A stretch of 64,000 bases of DNA from Sarea resinae (Eukaryota): the NCBI GenBank assembly GCA_026026165.1, contig JAPEUD010000050.1:62001-126000 (forward strand), given 5' to 3'. Every line of letters begins with the position of its first letter. Position 1 is the first letter of the stretch. Positions 25,047 through 37,031 of this stretch are shown here, in pieces. The notes below the pieces were generated by a model. It worked only from the letters and a program-made list of their open reading frames with translations. It made no database searches and was not told the DNA's origin. A program made the position numbers and the translations under genes.

Positions 25047-27396
25047 TCATTGACTCCCTTCCAGCACTTCCTCTCCACCATCCTCGCTCTCCTCATCCTC
25101 GGTCTCGGACCTATCAGCCCAGCCCGCAGACTGGCCCGCTCCATTGGCGGCCTCCATGCGGATTTCCCGGATGCGCCGCACGAGCAGCGCCAGTCGCTCC
25201 TCGGCGATGACGCCGTTTTCCATGAGCGCGGCCTCGAGGAAGGCGCGTTGGGGGTCGTGTTCGCGGGGCGCCGCGGGACTGTCACCGTCGCTGTCATCGT
25301 TGTCATCGTCATCATCGTCGTCGTCGTTGGCGTCGTTGTCGCCGTCGTTGTCGTCGTTGCCAGAGTCGTCGCCAGACGGGGCAACGGTGAAGACGGAGCG
25401 GAAGAGATCGGCCAGCGCGCGGCTCTCGCGCCCGTTCGGGTCGAAGTTGAACGTATTTTCCGGCGCCCCGGGTCGAGGGACTGTGGCGTCAGGGTCAGGA
25501 GGCGGTAGGGGGTCTGAGACGAGCCCTGGGTGTTTGGTGAATTTGCGCGGGATGAGAGCTAGGACTTTGGGGTCGTCGGCGAGGAGGGCGTGGCGGGCGT
25601 AGGAGAGGGTGAGAAGATTCTCTGTTTTGTCTTCGTCTTCGTCCTTGTTTTCGTTGCTGTTGCTGTTGCTGTTGATGTTATTGTTGTCCTGCGTTGCCGA
25701 TTTCGAAGACGCGGCAAGGGACCCCGTCTCTGCAATCTCAACGAGCAAGCTAATAGCCTCGGGCGTGCTCCAAATGTCCTTTGCGTGCGTGGCATACAGT
25801 TCCGTTACGACTGCTTCCCAGGGCGTAGACGGCGCTTTCCCCCATATGGATGGCGGCACACGGTCGATGTTGAGTTCCTGGAATAGTCGTGCAAAGACGG
25901 CCGGGTGTTTTGCTAGTCCCTCGTGGAGGACAGCCCGCGCTTCCTGCGGGTGACCAAGTTGCGATAATGCGAGCCCTTTAGATAGTTGGAAGTTAGGCAG
26001 CCAGAGAGAGTCGGGAACACACTGGCTTTCGGTCAATTTGACGAGATAATCTGCTTGTTTTGATCGAAGAGCGAGCTGGTCAATCATAAGGCGCATGCAG
26101 TACGGATCTTCCTCCGGATCGAGGGCGAGTATCAACTTGGCCCATTCGAGCGCTGTTCGCCAAGTGCCTCGCATTCCGAGGTTGCCGATATATCTCCAAG
26201 CGGCGAGCCAGAGTTCACGGTTCTCAGGCCGCGAGAAATCGAGCCGCGCTTTGCCTTCCTTGAGTCGGGTAGCGAATGTGGAGTGCAGGGAGCGGCCAAA
26301 GGAGAAGAGAGCGCGCTCGATGAGGTCGCCCGCGATGGGGTAGTCGCGTTGTTGTTTTGCAATTTCGGAGGCTTGGAGCAGGGTCGAGATGTGGTAGGCT
26401 GCACTACATGATTAGCCCCCACAATTGGACTCAGGAGGAAAAAGACAGGGCGTGCTTACGGTTGTACTGCAACAGCTCTAAAACGCGACCGGGGTCCATT
26501 GATTCAACACAAAGCCCAAATTGATTCTGTACATCACGGTATGCTGTATTGTGAACGAATTTGTAGATGACAACTCCGTCGTCAAGCTTCTTGGCAACTT
26601 CCATACCGAGCCCGCCGGCTGTCGCCCGAGGCCATTCCTCCTTCCCCTGTATGAAAAGATTCCGTCGAAGACCAAGAGACCCTGTGTTTCTGCCTCCTCG
26701 CACGTTTCTTGCTGCGACCAATTGTCCAAGATCGAGCTCTTGATCTCTTCTCCCGCGTCTTCGTCTCCCTTGGCCTGCATTACGGTCATTGTCTTCGCCT
26801 GCACCGCCTTCGACTGCTGCCCGGCCGAATAGCCGACGCATTTCATTGTTGACGTTCAAGTGTTGTGGATCGATGGATAGGAGTTCGTGTTTTTCTTTGC
26901 TCTTTTCGTTGGGAGCTGCCGGAGCGATGGCCTGATCAGACGTTGACAGCGAACGTATAGCGAGATCGATCTCATCAAGATCGGTCGGTTTAGGGGTTTT
27001 CTTCGGCGTGTTGTTTCCAGTGCCTGGTGAGTCAGTCTCGGTATTTTTCTTCGAAGCCTTGCCCCTCTTCTTCTTCTTTTTCCTCTTGCTCCGTGAAGCT
27101 GTGTTTGTTGGTTGTGAAGCCTCATCGGCGTCCAGATGCCTGTTGTCTGCGTCCTCGTCATGTTTCGTGTCCGCGTCATTGTCCCCCTGTCCTAACTCAT
27201 CATTCTCGTCCTCATCCTCATCCTCTTCATCCTGATTGAGTAAAGCAAAAGCGTTCAGTTTGGCGACTGCCGGCTCGGATTCGCCATCTTCACTTCCAGA
27301 GCCGTCCTCGGGCTCGCTCCTAGCAGATTGAAGGGATTCTAGCTGCTGTTGCTTTTCGCGCTCTCGCTGCGCTTTCCGCAAAGCTCTGGAAGACAT
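25047..27396 (-). CDS. RQC1: Ribosome quality control subunit Rqc1/TCF25 (Nulp1)
   Basis: MSSRALRK start, L---NEMRRLFG, RNLFIQGKEEWP, NPYHISTLLQ across intron 26459..26399, RGTWRTALEWAKL-L-LDP-EDPY. Confidence 0.92.
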
Positions 27397-28022
27397 GTTG
27401 AGATAGAGGGACTGGAAATGCAGATATGGGGTTATTCTCTATGTTTTGGAAGATGGCAGTCCTAGCGAGGGCTGAACATGTCTGATGCGAAGATCCACGC
27501 ACTGATAGGTGGTGTAGATGCCGTTTTCCAGAAGATCCCAACCTCAGGTCCGTTGTGAATGAGAGAGGTTGCCCAGCTCAAGCAATGGCAAATGGCAAAT
27601 GGCAAGTGACTGCGACGATATGACGCACAAGGCTAGACCTAGGCTGCATGATGATGTGCACCGGGTAACCTATCGTGACCATTATCTGATCCAGATTCGG
27701 ATGTTGGAAGCGGCAAGTACCTCTGCACTCGATTCACCCGAGACGGTACCTTGCTTTTCCGCAATCAATCCCTCCTTCCTCCTTGGACCCGTTTCAAAGC
27801 CGTTGTGTACGAACGAACGAATACAGTACGTGAGGTTCCATGATCATCGCCGTCACCATCACCATCATCACATCCTCAACACCGCGTCTCTTTCCTCCTC
27901 TCTAGCATCCCGATCCTCCTTCTCGCTCTCCTACTGAATGTGGTGACGACGAGACGCCTGGACGAGGTTGAAATCATCCCTATCGACGAACTTCAGGACA
28001 GTGTCTCGTGTCCGTCGTCTCA

Positions 28023-30101
28023 ATGCGTCGAGCTGCTGTCCAAGCTCTGCGTTCTGCTCGTCGTGCTCCCATTCGAAAGCTCGCCCGAAGCCGCTCACCT
28101 CCAGTCCTACATTACACATCAGGCCTCCGCTCGCTCTCCACAAGGAGAGAGCATGGCGCTGGCGGTCTTGCAAGTTCCTCCATGTACTTCCGCAATTTCT
28201 CAGTCGCATTAGTCTCGACCCTGGTAGCATCCGGAGCGTGGTATGCTTATCGACATAATTCGCGGGACTCGTCAACCCTAGCAAAAAACAACTTGAGTGC
28301 GAACAACGGTGGCTCTCTCTCTGGAAACGGCCAGCAAGGTCAGGGCTTGACCGCCGCCAACGTCTTTTCTACAGCGCAAGAAGCAAGCTCGAGCAGTGCA
28401 ACGCCCGAGGAAGCAGCGGAGACCACGAGAAGAGCAGTCGTTGTCGAACCGGATCAGTTCTATACCGGGGCCATCATTGGAGACGAACCTCTGTCCAAAG
28501 CTACCGACGACGCTGGTCGCAAGGTCTTGGAGATGATGACCCCTGAGCAAGCTACGCAGAAGCTTCGACGGAACGAGGAGTCGTACTTGGTTGGTCGCGG
28601 GAAAGGAGTCGTGCGTTATGACGTTGTTCAGATACCCAGCAATGATCCTATCGAGGACGACCACGCCGAGAAGATTGTGGAAGTTCCCCAAACCGTGGCA
28701 GCTACAAACGACGCCTCTCCTACTAGTGATTGGATGTTTTGGGGTGTTTTCGACGGCCATAGGTAGGGTCTTGCTGCAGTATGTATGGATTTCATGCTAA
28801 TCGTCTTTATAGCGGCTGGACCACATCGGCCAAGCTACGCCAAGTGCTTATCTCTTTCGTTGCAAAAGAACTCAACGCCACGTACAAATCTGCTCTAACG
28901 GATCCTACATTGACCGTCCCAACTCCTGAATCTATCGACAAGGCCATCAAGAAGGGATTCGTAAACCTCGACCATCAGATCGTTCACGAGAGTGTTGAAA
29001 AAGTCATGAAAGCAGGCTCGAAGCGTGTCGCCGCCGAACTGCTCGCCCCCGCCCTCTCTGGTTCTTGCGCGCTCCTCTCCTTCTATGACAGCAATTCAAA
29101 GGTGCTCCGAGTTGCTTGCACAGGTGACTCTCGCGCCGTCCTGGGCCGTCGCACCGCAAACGGTAAATGGGTGGCTTCACCTCTGTCCACAGACCAGACG
29201 GGTGGAAATGCAGAGGAAGCGGCACGGCTTAGAAGAGAACACCCAGGCGAGGAGAACGTGACGCGAAACGGCCGTATCCTGGGCGGGTTGGAACCTAGTC
29301 GGGCTTTTGGCGATGCCATCTACAAATGGACGCGCGAGACTCAGGACCGCATCAAGATGTCGTTCTTCGGCCGCACTCCGTCTCCACATCTTCGCACCCC
29401 TCCCTACGTCACTGCCGAGCCTGTCGTCACCTCCACGAAAGTCCAGCCCGAGAACGGCGACTTTGTCGTCATGGCCACGGACGGATTGTGGGAAATGCTT
29501 ACCAACGAAGAAGTTGTCGGGCTTGTCGGTCAGTGGCTAGAATCTCAAGCCGAGGGCAGCAGTCTGGCCAACGGGAACACCAACAAGAACAACTCCTGGC
29601 TTAGCAGTTGGTTCAGCTCGTCACAGAATGGCTTACCCGTCGAGAAGAATGGTCATGATGGCGCCGGCGACCAGAGCGGCCAACGCGCCCCTATTCGCCA
29701 ACGCCAATGGGGCGTCACTGGGTCCGAAAACACGCGTTTCGTGGTTGAGGATAAGAATGCTGCTACGCATCTCGTGCGCAACGCGTTAGGTGGCAAGGAC
29801 AAGGATATGGTGTGCGCTCTGCTGACGCTGCCGAGTCCGTACAGTAGGCGATACAGGTACGTTCTTCATCCCACTTACCATCTCCCCTACCCCTTATCGA
29901 AGAGAAGTCGAGAACGAGAAGCAGAGACATCGATTGCGGAATTCAGCATATCTTGCTGACGCCTCGGCCGGAACCAATCACAGAGACGATCTCACCGTCG
30001 AAGTCATCTTCTTTGGCGAAACAGACAAGAGCGGCAACGTCGTTCTCAACCAAGACGCCAGCGCTTCCGTGAAGAACGGCGATCTGAAAGCGAAGCTATA
30101 A
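28023..30101 (+). CDS. PTC5: Mitochondrial PP2C / pyruvate dehydrogenase phosphatase type
   Basis: SNDPIEDDH, GVFDGHSGW, ACTGDSRAVLG, LEPSRAFGD, ATDGLWE, RRYRDDLTV; exons 28023-28762, 28813-29856, 29984-30101; C-terminus ...LKAKL. Confidence 0.93.
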
Positions 30102-30684
30102 GACCATCCATGATCTTTTATATTATCTCTTCTTCTTCCTACCGAGCCAGGGCCGGGAGTATCTTCAACCTTACTGTTTTAACCTCCTTTTCTGTCATTT
30201 GAATTTTTATCCAACACTTCTTTTATCACGTATGCCAGTCAGGCAAGATATCGCAAGGTAAGATGAGATGAGATCAGATGAGATGAGCAAGCATGGCGTT
30301 ATGATCGTTCTGTCACCCTTATAGTTTCATGGATTTTTCTCTACTGAGTTTCTCCCCCAGAAAAGTTCTGGAAGAGAAAGAAGGGGGCCTACTAGCGTCT
30401 ACAGAGATATTATTCTTTGCACCTAGACGGGTGGACAAATTAGCGTTGTTAAAGATCCATTTAGCAGGCATCATTTTTACGTATGAAGTGAATGATATCC
30501 TCCCTCGCTGAGTGGTAGCCAGGCAAACTTAAGGCTGCGGGAAGAGTGTGAGACGCTCTCGCGTGCATGAACAACTGCTCCAAGGCAGACATCCGCTTAG
30601 AGGAAAACAACACTATACGAACAGTCTTCTGAGTGTAGTCGAATGATACTACACCCATTGTATACCGTGTAAGAATACTGACTA

Positions 30685-32001
30685 CTATGGCTTGCCCTCC
30701 CAAACCTTAGTGAGGAAGTCCTCTATTTGAGTGAACTTATAATCCGGCAGAAGCTTGTTGATCTCGTCCGAAACATCCCACGCCCCCTTTGCACTGCTGA
30801 TAAGAGTGCCAATGAGGACACTCTTCAGCATCTTCTCGACCTGGTCCCCACTAACGCTTGGGTGGCTCGCTTCCAACGTCCACGATGCCGTAAGAATTCC
30901 ATTTTCAAGATCTTCGAGTTTGACCTTGTCAACGGTGAAGGGGCGACCTGTAACCCCATGTGAACAACTCTCTGTTTTCGAGGGGGCTAAGACGCACCTC
31001 GGACTTTCTCACCAATCTCGAGTATACGTGAGATGGGCAGCCTGTTGCCCCTGATACCGCCGATGACGGGCCACTCGCACTTGAGGTCGACTGCCCTAGC
31101 GACGGCCGCGGCGAGATCTTGGACCGTGGTATAAGTCATGATACTGTCACGGCCATCAACGACAATCGCACGTCGATTCTGGAAGTCGATCATCGTGTTC
31201 AGCGGCTCCAGATATCTGGCCGTTTTATAAGGAGCAGCCAGATAGTTCAAGAACAGGCCGGGCTGGAACAAGGTATACTCGAGGACCTAAAAAAGCGCAA
31301 GATCAGAATGGAACTCGGTATACAAAAGTATCGACCAGTGTAGGAGAGAGGGCATGGGATCGATCTCTCTACCTTTCCATTCTCATTCACCTTCTCCAGG
31401 TATTCTGTAATCGTATCTTTTCCTGCCCACCAAGGCATGCCTACCGTGGATGCACTTTTTTGAAAGCTGTTAGATACCATCGCAGTATAAAAACTTCCCG
31501 TCCACCTTACTCACCTTCCCCACTGGCTGGGCGCAAAGCGTTTCACGCCCGCGACAATAGCCGCATCAATCAGATTCTTCTGCGCCGTATTCTCCGGATC
31601 CGCAATGAGCTGCGTGAACGACAAGACGGTGTGGATCCCCCGCAGGGCTTCGACCAGCCCGCTCGGGTCGCCATAGTCTACAGCGCGCCAGACGACGAGT
31701 CCGGGCGCGCTGTCGCCAACAGCAGCTTTCTGTTATATACCGTGTGGTAAGCCACCTCGGTCACAACGAATACTAATTGAAAAAACCCCCCAAGGCATTC
31801 GGGGCACTACCTACTGCATTCCTGCTAAAAACCGTGATCTCGTGCTTCTTTGTCGCGACTAAAGCATCGATGATTTCCCGGCCAACCTCTATCGGTGAAA
31901 AGAAAAAGTCAGCATGGTTGTGTCGTCTGTGATTCAGAAGTATACGCATAATGGAGTGGCCCCGTACGCCCCGAGCCACCAGCCACGGCGATCGTGACCA
32001 T
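30685..32001 (-). CDS. NmrA/isoflavone-reductase-like NAD(P)-binding protein, multi-exon
   Basis: MVTIAVAGGSG...VGREII (Rossmann fold), AGVKRFAPSQW, LEYTLFQPGLFLNY, TTVQDLA--VA-A, FTQIEDFL--VW; several short GT-AG introns. Confidence 0.88.
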
Positions 32002-32036
32002 TCTTCTAGTGCGCGGTCGCCGTCTTGAGACAAGTG

Positions 32037-32067
<31 letters not shown>

Positions 32068-32444
32068 AAGAAATGATAGGATGTCAACTATCGTTATGGG
32101 ATTGACGAGCTCAGGGCTATGTAGGTATTCGCCATCATGAGAATGCGAATGAGAATTGCGAATCACCGCCAGGCTATAACATTGTCCATTGTGGTCGTGC
32201 CCAATTGGATGGGGGTGGTTCCACCGCCGTGCTCGCGATCTCAATGCGGCACCTTACCACCCCGGTAGATGGGTGCCTATCGCCTCAACGAGCATTTTCA
32301 ATTTCTATCGGACCTTGCAATTCAACGCGGTATCTCCTAAGTTGGCATGCAGCGCGGACCCAAAAACCGTCGAGCATTTCTGATATCCGGTATAATCTAA
32401 CTTTCACAACCTCTACACAAAGTACATATGCGACTGTGTGGCCC

Positions 32445-32815
32445 CTATAATAGAACCTATATCTCTACAATCAATATCTAGACCTCTTTACTTCTAGAAA
32501 GACAGTTGTATCCTTTTCTGTTTCTTGAACAGCATATATTGAGTGGAAACAAGGCTATATTAATTACTATATCGCTAAATACTATTATTATACATATTAC
32601 ATTAAGATCTACTTGTTGTTATGCTTTTACTTACAAGGACACTATACTCTGTCTTCAGATAACAAGATATTGCTTGACAGTAAAGTCCTATCAGAACAGA
32701 TTGATAGTAGTCTTTGTACCACTCAAAGTATACTGTAGGAGGCGAGTTTGTAGGGGTTCAAGGTATTATATTATAATAAGCATCAACGTATGCAGAGTCT
32801 TGATTCTTAAGTAGG
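32445..32815. mobile_element. AT/TpA-rich patch, possible RIP-degraded repeat relic
   Basis: Abrupt local drop in GC with dense TA dinucleotides between two normal genes; no terminal repeats or transposase motif recognised. Confidence 0.4.
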
Positions 32816-33024
32816 AGAGTTGGGTTGCTGCTTTTGCGAAACCGCCATTGAGACAAAGCGTATGTAGTCCGCCATATCAATCGCCCAAACCAGATGTCAA
32901 ACGCCAGACGGGGCCAGAGCCAAGGGCCTTGCCTTTTTTTGTTCCTTCGAAACTCACCGGTACCGAGAGAGTAGAGTAGAGAGGGAGGACCGGAACCAGT
33001 TGACCGTCACATAATGCATCCAGA

Positions 33025-36000
33025 TCAGCCGAATTGCAGACCACGGCTCGGGTCCCAAGTCGTAGGTCCTGGGGCTCCCCTACCCCTTCCCTGAAGCTGA
33101 ATTTGAGGCTGAGGCTGAGGCTGAGTCTGATTCGGGGCTTGCGGTGGTGCAGGCACCTGACCTGCGAATCTTGGGGATGACATGTTAGCCATGGGAGCCG
33201 TGTAGTTTCCCTGCCCCTGTATATGTCCCAGCCCTTGCTGTGTTTGAGGCTGCTGCGGTACCAGCAGGGGCGGCTGCGATGTCGTGGCGCCATCGCCGAA
33301 CCGGATGCCCATTTCCGGAGTCCACATGCCTGGGGTTGGCCCTACCGATTGCGGCTGTGGGACTGGGGGTGCTGCAGACGGTGGAGGCACAGGGCGGTGA
33401 GGAATCGGGGCGGGGAGGGGAGGGTCGCTAGGGGCTGTAGTTGGTGAGTAGGGATGCATTTGTTGGGTTCGAAGAGCGTGAGTATGTGGAGCTGATGGAG
33501 CGCTGGCTGTCGTGGAGGTGGAAGGGGCGGACAGGTGAAGCGAGGACATGGCCGTCGTGAGATCTCTATCATTCATCGCAAGAAACAAATTAGTAGGGCA
33601 CTTGATGGGCGAAAGCAAGAGAGATGATTCAGAATGGGGGAAATGCAGGATCCGACGTACGACTCAAGCTGATTCGCTTCATCACGGCGTTGGTAAGCAA
33701 AATTTTTGCACTCGTCCCTAAATCTGCCCACGATTTTCGCAAGGTCATTGTAGAACTTCCTCCCAACATCAAGATTCGATGTGATTTCCTTGTACTTGAA
33801 GTATGCATTCTCCAATTCTTGAAGCGCCTTCTCCCGTTCTCGTGTCGATGTGTCTCCACGTCGAGCGCTTAAAAATGCCGAGTTAGCTTCCTTTATACGA
33901 TTCGCAATCTCTGCTTGCTCTTCCTCTTCTTCGGCGACCATATTCTGATCTACATTGTATCTTTGAAGGCGCCGTTCAAAGAGGTCTTCGAAATTAGCAG
34001 CCTCGATTTTCTGCATCGGAAACTCTCTTTCTAGGCGTGCAGTTTCGACGAGGAGTACAGGATCTGGCAGTCTTGTTTAATCTTTACACCTCAATAGCTC
34101 TTGTTAGTCTGTAGGACTCACTGATATCGTCCGCCTTTGCCTTCTCCTTGAGAGCGTCAATCTTCCTTCTCCTTCTGCTCTCTAGCCTAGCAACCTCATT
34201 CAGTGAGGATCGCAATTTTGCTGCTTCTCGTTCAACCTTTGGTGTCAAAGCCACGCGTCGACTACTTGGCACAAACTCCTCCAAGTCTCGGTCAGAACCT
34301 CCAAGCAACCTCAGGACCTCTTCGCAATCTCGCAGCTTTCCCTTGACCAATTCATCGCTATTGTTGGCCGAGCTTAAATAGCCATCGATTTCGGCAGCTT
34401 GTGCATGCAGCTTCGCAGCTGCCTCTTTGGACGACAGTCGAGTCCAGCGATCGGTGCCATACTTCATTCTTGCCCGATCGTCCTCATCAGCTTCGTCTTT
34501 CAAGACTTCCACACCTTCGAAGTAGGTGGCCTTATCACTGTCTTTGAGTTTCGACACGTCCTTCATAGATCGGTAAAGTCTGTTGAGCCCGTCTTGCTGG
34601 CGTATCTCTTCCGCACGAGACGTTAGACCCGGTGGTAACCCAAGCGGCCTCTCGAGCGCCTGTAAAGACCCAGGCAGATTGAGAGATTGAAGGAGACTAC
34701 CAAGATCTCATCAGTATTGTCGCAAGAAAATAATCTGGCGAGGACATACTCATGTAATCTTATCGTTAGGCCTTCTAGTTCATCATTGACATTGTGGTTT
34801 ACCAGATTATCTCTTCTTTGCACATAGATGCTTGCGGCCACATGAACTGCATATGGTACAAGCCTGGCAAAGAGCGGCTGGCCAAACTGTCCGTGCTCTC
34901 CAAGCGTCGACAAAGGATCTGATATCTCCTTTGGCACCTTTGCAGAAACCATACTCGCACGGTCAAGGGTCTTCAATTCAGACTTGGGTGGCACAGGCAC
35001 TGCAGATTCCCTTTTAGCCAAAGTACAAGAGCACGATTGAGGATCTAAGCACTTACGCAGATATATCATGTCATTGTCTTTCTCTGCTCTCTTCAGGTCC
35101 TCTTGTACTTTATTCCTTAGCCCATTCAAGTCGCCCAGAACGACTTTATTGATCCACTTGGCCTCCTTTAAAGCTTCATTGACACAGTTGACACTGTCTT
35201 TCAGCCTTGCAACCTCTTCTCCGTATTTGCGTTTTTCCAGACAGTCACAAGCCGCTCGATATTGAGCTGCCGCCGCGAAATGGTGATGCTTTGCCGTCAT
35301 ATGATGAATCCATTCTGTACTTATTGCATCTGACTGGATCCCGAAATCTCTAGCCTGAGAATAGAAATCCGACACCTTGGCAGCTAGCTTGGCTATTGAA
35401 GCATCTTTGAGGGAGTCCTTGACCGCTTTTTGCCAGAAGCATTCCTGAGCTTGAGCCAACATTAATTGTTCCAGCCCTTCAAGTGTCATATTGTCCATAT
35501 CTTCTGGTGGAGTTGAACGTAGATCTGGAATGACATTGTTTTTGAGGTAGGACATGACGCCAGCAGAGAGACAGAAGTAATTGCATGCTGATTTAAGCCC
35601 CTCAGAAGTAGTTCTGTTCAAAGAGATAGCAAGTTGAGAGTATAAAGAAGCAAGATTGTAGAGGATGTTTGCAAGTTCGAACCGCAGGTTGTTCTGAGAG
35701 ACTATCGAAGGATTAGCCAGGGCATCCCACCAGCTCGCACAGGCGCCGTACTTGGTCGCTGGGTATTATATCCGATAGCTGAGTACCAGGTAAAGTCTAC
35801 ACCGATCTAGATTTGGCGACGCTTTCTCATTATTCTCTCTGTGCGACTAGATCCATCCTACACAAACCTCGAGGAGGAGCCTACATCTATTGGAAATTTG
35901 CCTCCCATCCAAACCAGCTGCGCAGCATAAGCTGTCAGCTTCTTGATGCCACTCGTGTGTGGCTCCAAAGTATTGATTGCATCGTTTCGTAGTCGATCTA

Positions 36001-36183
36001 TGACCTCGAGGTCTTGTGTGAACATGTCCGGGTGTTGATCATATTTAGTCGATATATACTGTCTGGTGGCCGCGGAAAGCGAGACGGAGTGCGTCCGCCT
36101 GAACGGCAGGTAGAGAATGTTTCTTTCTATGGATTAGCATAATTTCAATGAAGATATTGGCGATATTAGGCTCACGAGGTCAT
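33025..36183 (-). CDS. palA: BRO1/ALIX-V domain pH-signalling protein
   Basis: 8-nt first exon giving MTSNILYLPFRRT, KFPID-IGVDFTWY, NLRFELAN-LYNLA, LAQAQECFWQKA, NLDVGRKFYNDL, Pro-rich tail ending GMWTPEMGIRFG...WDPSRGLQFG (RIM20 orthologue). Confidence 0.94.
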
Positions 36184-37031
36184 GGCACACTGAGGAGAAG
36201 TTGTGAGTGAAGTGTTTACGGTGCGATGGTGGGATGGCCGAGCCTTTGGAGGTATGACGCGGGGTCTACGGCAGACTACAGACATGTGCAATAACTTGCT
36301 CACAACGAATCAATATCATGACATTGGATGCATAACGAGGCAAGACTCTACAGGCAAAAACCATGAAGAGCAGAGCCATTAGCAATTAAATTGCTCATGA
36401 TCATTGATTATTTATAGATGCCTCTCTAAGCTCACTTATACCTAATGGAGTCTGAACTAACGAAATCAGGAGAATGGCAAATGATGTAATACATACAAAT
36501 GAGTCAGGAGGAACGCAAATGCCAGTCCTCAATAACCTTCTTAGAAGTGAAAAAAAGATAAGGAAGAAAAGAAGTCTATACAGCACGATTCCAAGACAAA
36601 GTAGCGATTTCAAATCAACTCAAAAACAAGCTCGAACGTCTCAAGTCACATTGTTCCCTCAGTCAAACCCAAATGAACCCAGTGCGAACCTGAACCCAGT
36701 CAACGTAAATTAAAGCCCATCCAGACCAACCCAACCCGACCCAGCCCATCACACCCGCTATGCGCCGCGCGAAACGAAGAAGCAAATAAGCGTGTCTGAG
36801 CCTGTAACACGCCGAAATCCTCAAAGTTGTAGACATGCAGAAAGAGATTCAAAGAGGAGTTAATATAGATGAAGATGAGAGCCTGCTCTGCCCCGCCAGT
36901 AAGACCGCGCCATGAAGAGCCCGACGCTAAAGTAGTCGCCAAAGAGAAAGGGGATAAGGCGATATAATATGTGCAGTGAAAGATATGTTCTTTTGGGTCA
37001 AGAATCATCAAAGGAGAAATCGGGTACGATT

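Noticed and set aside
29857..29959. PTC5 ORF-track C-terminus ending ...AEFSISC
   Set aside because: Read-through into an intron; it would lose the conserved RDDLTV catalytic motif
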